From assembly GCA_951406725.2 (NCBI GenBank), contig OX597838.1, positions 27,280,001 to 27,344,000 on the forward strand: DNA of 64,000 nucleotides. The letters run 5' to 3'. The position numbers and the translations under genes are program-made. The notes beneath the pieces were generated by a model. The model saw only the letters and a list, made by a program, of their open reading frames with translations, searched no databases and was not told the origin of the DNA. Positions 12,256 to 24,060 of this stretch are shown here, piece after piece; position 1 is the stretch's first letter, and the number at the start of each line of letters is the position of its first letter. The stretch is from Octopus vulgaris. Taxonomy: Eukaryota.

Positions 12256-13554
12256 TTAAGCACTATATACTTGACCAACCCATGCCAGCATGGAAAACCA
12301 CCGACGACGATGATGATCATGATGACTATGATGTGTTGTAAGTGATCACAACTACAGCATCTTCGAATGTAGGTCTGCCTGGTCAGGGTTAACCTGGGGC
12401 TAGACAATGCCATTAACAACTGTAACAACACCTAGAAATGATTATATAAAACATAGTGGGTTTTTCTCATCTGTTCATTGATTTATTATCTTTTCTCACC
12501 TGTAATTTGGTTAATTTTCCCACCAGAGGGTCTAGTTTTATTGTTTATTGATTAATTAGCAGGGAATTAGTTTTATTTGATTTGTTCCAGAAGCAAGTGA
12601 CCAAATTTATCATGTGTGTGTGTGTGTGAGTATGTATGTGTATTCTTTTTATTCTTTTACTTGTTTCAGTCGTTTTGACTGTGGCCATGCTGGAGCACTG
12701 CTTTTAGTTGAACAAATTGACCCGAGGATTTATTCTTTGTAAGCCTAGTACTTATTCTATCGGGCTCTTTTGCTGAACCGCCAAGTTTTGGGAACGTAAA
12801 CACATCAACATCAGTGTATGTATGTGTGTGTGTTTGTATACTTCCCTCTCTCCTCCCCACCAGCCTGGGAAGCCCCGTTATGGGTACAACCTTCTCTCAA
12901 AACTAAAAGATTATATAAGACTACATTTCTCTTTATAAATGTCCTATAAATTTCACACAGCCTTGGTTTTGTTGTCTCATTTTATTTAACACACACACAC
13001 ACACACCTGTATGAGTATACACATACACCCATGTATATTATATAATATATGTGTGTGTATGTATATATATTTGTGTTCGTATTCTTGATCAAATTTAATA
13101 GATTCCCTTCTGCTGCCCTCTTCTTTACACTTGGTACCAATTCTAAGGTTCTAAGGTGACCTTTCAATTGCATTCAACGGGGAAATGGTTTCTAGTTTTT
13201 TTCTTTTTTTTTATTTCTTTGCAAACCATTTCAGGGAAAGATAACGAGGCTCTTAAGTAATTAACACCAGAGGTGTGAACACACTGTTTCCACGTCATAA
13301 TTGTTTATCACCTTTCTTATAAAAGCTGTGAGAATAAGTATGAACAATTTAGTTATTGTTTAACCCCAGGTCAGGTTTTAACTCAGCATATACATATGAT
13401 GATGATTATATATAATATTATATTAATATATTATTATATATATGTGTGTGGAGGCGCATGGCTTAGTGGTTAGGGTGTCAGCATGATGTTGTTTCTAGCC
13501 ATTTGAAGCCTACACCTCATTAACCGTTTGCAATGTTAGTGGTAATGTCTTAAC

Positions 13555-13875
13555 AAGGGCTGGCCAACCTGAGACCTGAAGGCCGTATGTGGCCTGCAGA
13601 CTTTTATCTTGCAGCCCACTTGATACTTTCTTGAAATGGGTTTATTTAAACAAATGTTTTTAAAGTTTTATCAAAAATTCAAGATTGTAATGAAAAAGCA
13701 AGATACTACTGTTTTTGTAACGATATTTCCTGTTGAATCAACGATCATTCATACATTATTGTAATAATAGCATGAGAAAGCAAAATGCTTTCAGTTCTAT
13801 CAATATACAAGTGGCCCTCAAAAATCCTTCTGTGATTAAAGTGGCTCGCAATATAATTGAAGTTGACCAGGATTG
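13555..13875. mobile_element. hAT (Charlie-like) MITE
   Basis: Degenerate TIRs aagggctggccaac / gttgaccaggattg; 8-bp TSD gtcttaac / gttttaac; gtggcc subterminal motifs. Confidence 0.7.
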
Positions 13876-13947
13876 GTTTTAACTGTTATCTCCTAAATTC
13901 CACTTAGAAGGAATAAATATGATAATTACAAAAGATAATAATGATAA

Positions 13948-14157
13948 TCCTTTCTACTAAAGGCACGAAGCCTGCAATTTTGGGGGAGGGGAGCAGCTGA
14001 TTAACCGACCTCAGTGCATAACTGGTACTTAATTTATGGACCCTGAAAGTATGAAAGGCAAAGTTGATCCTGGTGGCATTTGAACTCAGAGCATGGAGAC
14101 AGATGAAATACTGCTAAACATTTCACCGGGTGTGCTAACGATTCTGCCAGCTCACAA
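13948..14157 (-). mobile_element. SINE family B
   Basis: Reverse complement of the B head and core; a further partial copy lies at ~14200-14335. Confidence 0.8.
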
Positions 14158-14785
14158 CCTTTGTAATAATGATAATAATAATAATGATGATGATGATGAT
14201 GGTTTCAAATTTTGGCACAAGGCTGGAATTTTTAGGGGAGGGTGTAAGTTCAACCCCATGTGCTCAACTGATACTTATTTTATCAACCCTGATAGAATAA
14301 AAGGCAAAGTTGACCGTGGCAGGCTTTGAATGTTCAACAATAACAATAATAATGATAATACTTATGCTAAAAAAAATAATGATAACAGCAAGAACACTGA
14401 GAATGATGAAGGAAATTATCCGATCGATAAAGCAAATCTTTTACTATGAAATTACTTCTGTCTTATTTTTCATTTCATTTTATATATATCTTATACATCT
14501 ATATATTTAAAAAAAAATCAGACTTGCTGGTATTGATTTCATTGTCTATTAGCACCTCTTTGTAGTTTTCTGCAATTATTGGTTGTCTGTAGTAGGTGAT
14601 AGCATTTCTTACCATTTTTCTAAAAATTCCAAGTTCAACTGTTGGTAAATGGTGTAATATACAAAAACATTCAGTGAATTGGTTTTGTTACTAAAATAAT
14701 TTTGCCTTGAAGTGTTGGTTCCATCAGTAAATTGCTATTTATTTGGTTGTATGTATTTCTGTATATGTGTGTGTATATGTGTATG

Positions 14786-14998
14786 CAGAAATGTTAGCAC
14801 GACGGGCGAAATGCGTAGCCCTATTTCGTCTGCTGTTATGTTCTTAGTTCAAATTCCGCCAAGGTCGACTTTGCTTTTCATCCTTTCGGGGTCAATAAAT
14901 TAAGTACCAGTTACGCACTGGGGTCGATGTAATCGACTTGATCCGTTTGTCTGTCCTTGTTAGTCCTCTCTGTGTTTAGCCCCTTGTGGGTAGTAAAG

Positions 14999-15000
<2 letters not shown>
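14786..15000 (+). mobile_element. SINE family B
   Basis: gcagaaatgttagcacgacgggcgaaatgcg...gccccttgtgggtagtaaagaa followed by poly-A. Confidence 0.88.
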
Positions 15001-15031
<31 letters not shown>

Positions 15032-15205
15032 TGTAAAAAGCACCCACTACACTCAAGGAGTGGTTGGCGTTAGGAAGGGCATCCAGCCGTAGAAACACTG
15101 CCAGATTTGACTGGACCTGATGAAACCTTCTGGCTTCACAGACCCCAGTAGAACCGTCCAACCCATGCTAGCATGGAAAACGGACGCTAAACGATGATGA
15201 TGATG
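15032..15205 (+). mobile_element. family C element, 3' part
   Basis: gtggttggcgttaggaagggcatccagccgtag...cggacgctaaacgatgatgatg. Confidence 0.85.
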
Positions 15206-15219
15206 ATAATGTATATATT

Positions 15220-15470
15220 ATTTCGTAATGAGATAAAAAAACCAAGGCTGTGTAGATTTTAGAATATTTATTGATAGGTCTTACAGCTGTTTCCAGGATA
15301 TTATATCCCTTTATTGGATATATACATATACCGGGGTAAGCACATAAATGTGAAACAAGGTGGGAAAAATAGTACTCAAATACCAGAGGTAGAGTAAGCG
15401 CTTTATTAATAAAGTTGCAAAGACATCATAAAACAAAAAACATGTCTTTGCAGCTTTATTAATAAAGTAT
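15220..15470 (-). mobile_element. probable Penelope-like repeat remnant with degenerate hammerhead motif
   Basis: Minus strand CCAATAA-AG-GGATA taa TATCC-TG-GAAAC AGCT GTA (15282-15317): stem II plus palindromic stem III (ACAGCTGT). Confidence 0.5.
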
Positions 15471-15894
15471 ATATATATATATATATATACACACACTCAC
15501 ATAAATGTATATATATATGTATGTATATGTATGTATATACTTGTCATACTCAGCAAATTTTATATCACTTATATAATACTGTGTTGTCTGTATCCATTTC
15601 TTTCGATAGTCTTTGGTATTGTTATTCTGAGAATAATAAGGTGTGGTTAGAAGCTTGATTTCCAATGACATGGTAGCAGGTTCAGACCCACTGTATGGCA
15701 CCTTGGGCGGTGTCTTCTACCATGTAAATAATTTTTGGTGTTAACATGATCTGATTTGAATTTTTTCTTCTACGGAAGGAAGAGCAAGCCTTCTTCTATC
15801 ATACTCTCAATTTCAGTCAACTTGTGCCGCAGGGTCTCGGAGGAGATAGTGTTAGTTGAAGGCTACCAAACCTGCCATACACAGACAACTTCAG

Positions 15895-15939
<45 letters not shown>

Positions 15940-16349
15940 CATTCCTTTCAATGAATCAAATGTCTTTCGATTCATTGGAAAGAAAGAAAAATGTCTATCG
16001 AAGCAATTACATTGTAAGCGAAGTGTCTTGATAGCCATTTAAAGCACATCTACTGTTGTTACACTGAGTTTCATTGAAATGTCTCCACAGCATTGTCAAA
16101 ATCTATAACCTAGTTTCTGACTTCAAACTGATGTACTGTGGAATTGTGTTAGTGAGCAGGTGGTAGATGTAGGTTTGAATCATTTTGACACTCTATAGTC
16201 TATACAAATACCATTGAAATAGACAACATGTGTGTGTCTGTGTGTGTGTGTGTGTGTTGAGGACTTATATATTTCAGATTCAATACTTAATCCTTCTCAG
16301 ATCAAGTCACCTAACCTGGCACATACAACTCTGATATTATTATTATTAA

Positions 16350-16850
16350 GTCGGTGAGCTGGCTGAATTGTTAGCACGCTGGGTGAAATGCTTAGCAGTA
16401 TTTCATCTGCCAGTACATTCTGAGTTCAAATTCCGTCGAGGTTGACTTTGCCTTTCATCCTTTCGGGGTCGATAAATTAAGTGCCAGTGAAACACTGGGG
16501 TTGATGTCATTGACTATACCCCCCCCCCCCCCAAAAAAAAAAAAAATTTCACGTCTTGTGCCTTTAATAGAAAGTATTATTATTATTCGTAAGGCAGTGA
16601 GCTGGCAAAACTGTTAGCATGCTGGACAAAGTACAGTGAGCTTTCAGACTTGTTAGGGTACTGGGAAAATGCTTAGTGACATTTGTTCTGGCTCTTTACA
16701 TTGTGGGTTCAAATCCTGTCAAGATCAACTTTGTCTTTCATGCTTTCAACTCGTTGAAATAAAGTACATGAATTGCATCAAGTACTGGGGTCAATGTAAC
16801 CTACCACAACCACCTCAAAATAGCTGACCTTGCACTAAATTTAAAAACAA
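16350..16850 (+). mobile_element. two tandem family B SINEs
   Basis: Heads ggtgagctggctgaa (~16353) and ggcagtgagctggc (~16592), each followed by the B core. Confidence 0.8.
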
Positions 16851-17054
16851 TATTGTCTTTTCCTTTTAAATTTTCTTTTATCCCTCTGCGCAGTACTCCT
16901 TTCTTTTTGCATTTTTTTAAAGCTACCATTCTTCTGGCTTTCCCATTCTGAAGATCATATTTTGTTTGATTCATTTCTAGCATAGGTACAAGATTACAAA
17001 CTTTGTCTGAAGGTTGTATAGCACATATTTGTTTTGTATATATATTTTGTGCTT

Positions 17055-17650
17055 TTCTTGTTTCAGTCAGTGGACTGTGGCCATGCTGGGGCACTACTTT
17101 GAAGGGTTTAGTTGAACAAATTGAACCCAGTACTTATTTTTTAAGTCTGGTTCTTATTCTGTCAGTTGAAGCAGTAAGTTACTGAGAACACAAACAAACC
17201 AACACTGGTTATCAAGCAGTGGTGGTGGGAACACAAACACAATCATGCACACTCACATATACAATAGGCTACCTCACAGTTTTTTTTATTTCTTTATTGC
17301 CTACAAGGGGCTATACATAGAGGGGACAAACAAGGACAGACAAAGGGATTAAGTTGATTACATTGAACCTAGTGGAAAACTGGTACTTAATTTATTGACC
17401 CCAAAAGGATGAAAGGTAAAACCAACCTTGGCAGAAATTGAACTCAGAACGTAACGGCAGATGAAATACTGCTAAGCATTTCGCCCGGCATGCTAACGCC
17501 CGACTACCTCACAGTTTCTGTCTACCAAATTCACTCACAAGACATTGGTCAGTCTGAGTCTATAGAAGACACTTGCCCAAGGTACTGTGTGATGAGACTG
17601 AACCCCAAACCACAGGGTTGCAAAACAAGCTTCATAACTACACATCCATA
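17055..17650 (-). mobile_element. old family A SINE with a nested family B SINE (~17285-17500)
   Basis: The A sequence is interrupted by a B copy flanked by duplicated ctacctcacagttt. Confidence 0.82.
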
Positions 17651-18441
17651 CTTATTTCTCAGCCCTGGAAGACAAAATGCTTTAAGCTATCTCTGTAAAA
17701 TTTGAGCTCAGTGAAACTACGTCAACTAAATATCATAGAACATTCTGTCCAGTACTTGACCAATTCTCATACCAGTCTACTGACCCCTCACATTATCTCA
17801 CTCGACTGACAATCCATTCAATGTCTCACCCACACCAACTCCCCCCTCAACACCAGCACGTGACACCAAAGTATTTCAAGCAAGTCTACGACAATATGCT
17901 CATTCATCTGATTATCATTGGCTGTACACTTTACCATTTCTATTGATATAGAGAATCAAACGCAAACTACACACAGGCTACACTGATATCCTTTTAGAAC
18001 TATGACAAAGCGTGTGTGTGAGTGGTTAGGGTTAGGCTTGTGATTATATTTTTTTAAGCTATAACTTAACACCTAAATCATTTCTGCTCCGTACTACTTT
18101 ATTTGATAGCTATAATCACTAATTGCTATTAAATTGCGAGGTCAAGGACAGTGTTATATAAAACGGCTTGCTGATTTAATCTATTCTGTCTTTCGCCGCT
18201 GTTATTAATCATTTGTTACCAAATGCAAGGCTTTGTATTTTGTTTTATTTTATTTCATTTTATTCTGCAGCTTACATAATAAACTTTATAGAAAAATGTA
18301 GATATTTTTAATCTGATTGTTTTAATTCCAATATCTATTACATATTACAAATACGGATTTGTCTCTCCATTCCTGGCTGTATCATTAGTGAGGATGGAAA
18401 AAGTCTAGTTTTATAAAAAAAATTTTTTGTTTGTGTGTTAT

Positions 18442-18857
18442 TCTCTTTTTCTCTTTTCTCTTTTACTTGTTTCAGTCATTTGACTGCGGCCATGCTGGGG
18501 CACCACCTTTAATCGAGCAACTCGACCCCTGGACTTATTCTTTTGTAAGCCCAGTACTTATTCTATCGGTCTCTTTTGCCAAACCGCTAAGTGACGGGGA
18601 CGTAAAAACACCAGCATTGGTTGTCAAGCAATGCTAGGGGGACAAACACAGACACACAAACACATACACACACATATGTATATATACATATATACGACAG
18701 GCTTCTTTCAGTTTCCGTCTACCAAATCCACTCACAAGGCATTGGTTGGCCCGGGGCTATAGCAGAAGACACTTGCCCAAGATGCCACACAGTGGGACTG
18801 AACCTGGAACCATGTGGTTGGTTAGCAAGCTACTTACCACACAGCCACTCCTACACC
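18442..18857 (-). mobile_element. SINE family A, full length, flanked by a 147-bp direct repeat
   Basis: Full head-to-tail copy; flanks 18295-18441 and 18859-19004 are near-identical. Confidence 0.92.
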
Positions 18858-19024
18858 TAATGTAGATATTTTTAATCTGATTGTTTTAATTCCAATATCT
18901 ATTACATATTACAAATATGGATTTGTCCCTCCATTCCTGGCTGTATCATTAGTGAGGATGGAAAAAGTCTAGTTTTATAAAAAAATTTTTTGTTTGTGTG
19001 TTATGGAGAAGTCATATATATTTT

Positions 19025-19370
19025 TTGTTTATTTGCTTCAGTCACTGGGCTGTGGCCATGTTGGGGCACTACCTTGAAGTATTTAGTCAAACAAATCAAT
19101 CTCAATATTTAGTTTTAAGTCTGGTACTGTTTTTATTGATCTCTTTTCCTGAACTGCTAGGTTACAAGGTGGGAGACAGACCAGCTCAAAGGCACACATG
19201 TGCATGCATGCGATGGGTTTCAACACAGTTTCTGTCTACCAAATTCATGCACAAGGCATTGTTTGGCCTGGAGCTATATTTGAAAGCACTTGTTCAAGAT
19301 GCTACACAGTAGGACTGAACCCAAAACCCCAGGATTGCAAAGCAAGCTTCTTAACCACTCAGCCATGCCT
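19025..19370 (-). mobile_element. older family A SINE
   Basis: Diverged match to family A. Confidence 0.78.
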
Positions 19371-19654
19371 GTATCTATATACATGTTACTGTCATCTCTA
19401 CAGATTTTTTATAAAAATTATAGTCAACACTGATTTTGTTATGATGTTTCATACATGCAAAGCATCAGATGTAAACAATGAAATTGAAGAGGAAAAAATG
19501 GATAATGGGTGCATATGCCATATTTTAGGAGTTTTTGCTCCTTTGTCAACATCCATCAAACCCATTAATTATTCACAAACTCATTGCTTAAATGGCCCCT
19601 ATATATAGCAGTGTAACGTTTGACATCTTGGATACAAAACAACATCATCATCAT

Positions 19655-19926
19655 AATCATTGTTTAACATCCGTTTTCCATGCTAGCATGGGTTTGATGG
19701 TTTGACCGGGATCTGGGAAGCTAGGAGGCTGCACTAGGCTCCAGTCTGATCCGGCAGCGTTTCTACAGCTGGGTGCCCTTCCTAACGCCAACCACTCCGT
19801 GAGTGTAGTGGGCACTTTTTACGTGCCACCAGCATGGGCCAGAGGAGGCTGGCAACGTCCACGATCGGTTGGTGCTTTTTACGTGCCACCAGCATGGATG
19901 CCAGTCAAGGCAGCGCTGGCAACGGA
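19655..19926 (-). mobile_element. family C element
   Basis: gtttaacatccgttttccatgctagcatggg...gcccttcctaacgccaaccactc, plus two ctttttacgtgccaccagca units. Confidence 0.85.
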
Positions 19927-20546
19927 AACATTTTAATAAAATCATTGCTGGCTATAATAACTATGGAAAATTTGTAGAGACGACCTTAACATATGATTTA
20001 AATGCACTGCTAACACAATAGTACATAGTACTTGACTTATAAAAATGTTTCATATACTTCGTAGCATATTATAATTGCATAATAGACTACATTGTGCCTA
20101 CAAGCCATTAATATGTAATCTCTAGATGTGATCCTTCTGCTAAGAGTCTTGAGCAATTTTTTTTTCATCTAATTGAGTGCTAAAATTGGAAGATTAAAAA
20201 GCTTTGACTTAATTAAATGGTTTAACAGGACGTTCACCTTTTGATAATTAATGAAAATGTCATGGTCTAACCTCAGAGCAACCCTGAATGAGTAGGTCTA
20301 CAATGAGATTCATTCATTCTAGTCATCTCAATCTCATCTTTTCTTAGACTCTAGTGTATCTAGGAGTGCCTTATCTGGTGTGTGCTGCTACTTTTTAAGG
20401 CCGACTTAACTGCTTTGAAGGGACACTTTAATTGCTGGAAATAGCAGTTAAGTCTCCCACAAACCATATACTATACCTTCTTTAATTTTTGATTCTCACC
20501 CACTTGAGGCCACCCATGGGTCTGTGATAGAAACTTTGTGTTTTAA

Positions 20547-20765
20547 CCCTTTAGTGTTCAGATTATTCTATCAAATATAATGCTAATTGATTCCAATTGA
20601 TTTGAATTAATCCTGCATTATCTCATATCTTCAAGATCTTGATGGTGTAATTACTTAATGTAGAATAACATTGTAGGGTAGATGTGAGGGCCTGGATCTG
20701 GTCAGTTTGAACATAAAACAGATTAAATATTTTGGCCAGATATGGCCGGTTTAAATACTAAAGGG
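20547..20765. mobile_element. piggyBac-like MITE, family P1
   Basis: TTAA|CCCTTTAG ... CTAAAGGG|TTAA, 219 bp. Related copies lie at ~25635-25780, ~31300-31925 (SINE-interrupted) and ~59215-59425. Confidence 0.8.
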
Positions 20766-20875
20766 TTAAAGTGATCTAAATTAAAACTTCCATAAAAATT
20801 TCATGTTATCTGAAGTTGCAATTAAGTTATTATACTGAATTCTTCATAATTTTAATCAGTTATATTGAAACAAAA

Positions 20876-21180
20876 GGCGTTGGGCTCACAATCATGAGGT
20901 AGTGAGTTCAATTTCTGGACCGGGCTGTGTGTTGTGTTCTTGAGCAAGACACTTTATTTCACATTGCTCCAGTTCACACAGCCATAGAAATGAGTTGTGA
21001 CGTCACTGGTGCCAAGTTGTATCAGCTTTTGCCTTTCTCTTGGATGACATCAGTGGCATAGAGAGGGGAGGCTGGTATGCATGGCTGGTCTTCCATAAAC
21101 CTTGCCTGGATTTGTGCCTTGGAGGGGAACTTCCTAGGTGCAATCCCATGGTCATTCATGACTGAAGGGGCTCTTTACCC
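20876..21180 (+). mobile_element. tRNA-derived SINE family D
   Basis: gtgagttcaatt..ggaccgggctg..gtgttcttgagcaagacactttatttcacattgctccagttcac...ctaggtgcaatcccatggtcattc. Confidence 0.82.
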
Positions 21181-21472
21181 TTTTCTCTTTTACTTGGGCA
21201 CACACACTTACACACACAGGCGCACACGCTCTGTAGCATGTGGCGACTGTCTAATTAAGACACTTTTTTGTTTGCTTTTCCCTCCCCTCTCTCTACTTAT
21301 GTATTATTTTCATAGGAAAGCATGTGCTCAAAATGTCAAAGACCTCTTCCAATTTTCCCGAACATCAACCTTATACACCCTGTTTTTTGACCTTGTCTTG
21401 ATGTTTTTATTTTTGTACTATATATAGTATTATATCTATCTACCTACCTACCTATCTATCATCTATCTATCT

Positions 21473-21519
<47 letters not shown>

Positions 21520-21521
<2 letters not shown>

Positions 21522-21892
21522 CACAGGAGTGGCTATGTGGTAAGTAGCTTGCTTACCAACCACATGGTTCTGGGTTCATTCCCACTGTGTGGCACCTTGG
21601 GCAAGTGCCTTCTACGACAGCCTAGGGTGAACCAAAGCCTTGTTAGTGGATTTGGTAGACGGAAACTGAAAGAGGTCTGTCATATGTGTGTGTGTCTGTG
21701 CTTGTCCTCCCCACCATCGCTTGACAACCGATGTTGGTGTGTTTACATCCCCATAACCTTGTGGTTCGGCAAAAGGCTCCAATAGAATAAGTACTAGGCT
21801 TACAAAGCAAAAGTCCTGGGCTCGATTTGTTCGAATAAAAGCAGTGCTCCAGCACGGCCGCTGTCAAATGACTAAAACAAGTAAAAGAATAG
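21520..21892 (+). mobile_element. SINE family A, full length
   Basis: ggcacaggagtggctatgtggtaag...gactaaaacaagtaaaagaat, inserted between microsatellites. Confidence 0.9.
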
Positions 21893-21972
21893 AATATATA
21901 CATACATACATATATAAAAGAATAGAATATATACATACATATGTATATAAAAGAATAGAATATATACATACA

Positions 21973-22065
<93 letters not shown>

Positions 22066-23029
22066 TAAACTGAAGCTGATGAAAGCATCAATGATAGTGA
22101 TGATGACGCTTATACTGTCACCTATAACTATTTAATCAATTATTATTTATCTCGGTACTTTCTCTTCTACGTTCTCCATCGCACTTCTTTTCTTTTTTCT
22201 AATCCTCTTTCTCTCTTTCCCCTCCATTTTTGTCTCTTAGGAAACTTGCTTTTTTTCCTTTTTCCTTTATCGTTTATCTTTTATCCTTCCTTCCTTCCTT
22301 CCTTTCTTTCTTTCTTTCTGGTTTTCTCAAGAACTAAGTTACCTTGTTGATGTTTTGAACTTTCCTTACCCCTCATATCTCACGTGCACCTAATGATCCA
22401 AAAGATCTTCTTTCGCCTCCTCCTTCTCATCATCATCATCACTGTCCTCCTCCTCCTCCTCCTCCTCTCTTCATTTCGTTATTCCTCATTTGCTTTCTCT
22501 GTTTTTCTGAAGAACATACACGCCAAAAAAAAAAAAAAAAAAAAACCCAGAAAAGCAAAGAAGAATAGAAATGATTTTTTGAAACCTGCACAATGCAACT
22601 TGCCATTTTGCATAAATATTGAAAGAAGTCTAAATAGTGGTTAACTAATTCACTTTTCTTTGTCTTCTCTTTCTTTCCCTTTCTCTTAACATGGTGCCGG
22701 CGCTTGGTATTGTTTGGTATATGGTCGGTTTCCTTATCTCCTTTCACTTGCTATCTGTCTCCTAGGTAACGGAAACATTCTGCCATATTTTTTTTTTTTA
22801 ATATTTCTGTTTAACGTACTAAATCATGATGATGACAACCATTGCCATCATCATCGTCGTCATCGTCTCATCATTTCTTTGAGTTGTTAATTCAAGCAAC
22901 TGCTTTTTATTGGTGGATCTTTGGATGGGTAACTTGTCTGAAGATGTATTCAACAGTCTTTCTTTCCTTCCTTTTTTTCTTCTTTTTTTTCCTCAGCCTC
23001 CTCTTCGCCACTATCACACTACCACTTAC

Positions 23030-23087
23030 CTGAGTGTACAGTTACGTTTAAACAAGATTAACAATATCCATACACACTTAATCAAAG
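23030..23087 (-). other. candidate 58-nt micro-exon (minus strand)
   Basis: Minus strand acceptor ttcactttctttcctatttAG and donor CAG|GTAAGT; one open frame (LIKCVWILLILFKRNCTL). No transcript evidence. Confidence 0.25.
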
Positions 23088-23123
23088 CTAAATAGGAAAG
23101 AAAGTGAACATGTTTTTAAACTA

Positions 23124-23312
23124 CAGGCTGGCCCAAAAGAAGGTTTACATTCATATATGAACAGTTTAGATCTTAATTATAAAAATATATGAAACCATTA
23201 TTCTGTGCAAATTTAGTTAATAGTAAGATAGAAATTTAAATGTAATAAAATGTTTTAAAAGAAATTTAAAGTGCCTACGTGATAACTGTAAACCTACTTT
23301 TGGGCCACCCTG
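23124..23312. mobile_element. Tc1/mariner-type MITE
   Basis: TA|CAGGCTGGCCCAAAAGAAGGTTTACA ... TGTAAACCTACTTTTGGGCCACCCTG|TA: 26-bp TIRs with 2 mismatches and a TA target duplication. Confidence 0.9.
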
Positions 23313-23539
23313 TATATTTATTTTATTTTATCTAGTTTCAGCTCACGAGCTGTGGCCATGCTGGGGCACCGCCATATATAATATATATATATATATGTTT
23401 GTGTGATTATATATATACACACACGCACCCAGGGTGCAGTGAATATAATGTTGTCTAAAGTCCGCAAAACTGAAAATAGCTCTGATATCTCATTTGAATA
23501 GATATATTTACTAAAATTACATAAAAGTATTTGGGAAAA

Positions 23540-23790
23540 TTGTTGATAATGGTTGTCTCCATTGCTTTTGAGCTGTTGGAAATGAGTGTAATAGGGACAG
23601 TATTTGCTGGGTTCAGTGAGGGTTACCCATTGTTTGGAAATAGGGTACGCTATTGTATGTTTCTTAAGATCAGGTCAAGTCACCATTGAGAGAGAGAGAG
23701 AGATGAGGATAGGGTGTGTGTTTTATTGAGAGTAATTTGGAAGAGCTTTTGTCCAGGCCAGTGGTCATGGATTTGCTGAATCCAGAGATG
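23540..23790 (-). pseudogene. decayed non-LTR (CR1/Jockey-group-like) reverse-transcriptase fragment
   Basis: Minus strand KLFQITLN...KKHTIAYPISKQWVTLTEPSKYCP(fs)ITLISNSSKAMETTIIN resembles the LINE RT motif WK.A.V.PIPK.G...NYRPISL.S..SK.ME.IIN. Confidence 0.65.
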
Positions 23791-23800
23791 ATCTCTATGT

Positions 23801-24060
23801 CAGTGGTTCTCAACCATATTTTGCCTATGATCCCCTTTTATTCATATTTTGCCTTACTGGTTCCCCTAGCCATTCAATGTTTAATAAATCCCCATTATAT
23901 TTTAATAATCAAATATACTGGGAATGATATCAAAAAATTATTATATTTTGTATATTGTAGAAGTATTACCAATTTATTACACATAAATTTTAACAACAAC
24001 GTCTTATATGCCCCCCACCTCCTTGCAAAGGGTCATGCGAACCCCAGTTGAGAACTATTG
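23801..24060. mobile_element. hAT MITE
   Basis: TIRs cagtggttctcaac / gttgagaactattg; internally similar to the 42966-43407 element. Confidence 0.78.

Noticed and set aside
18621-18860. Recurring peptide SVSVYQIHSQG...EDTCPRCH in many ORFs
   Set aside because: Antisense translation of family A SINEs; the copies have frameshifts and stops.
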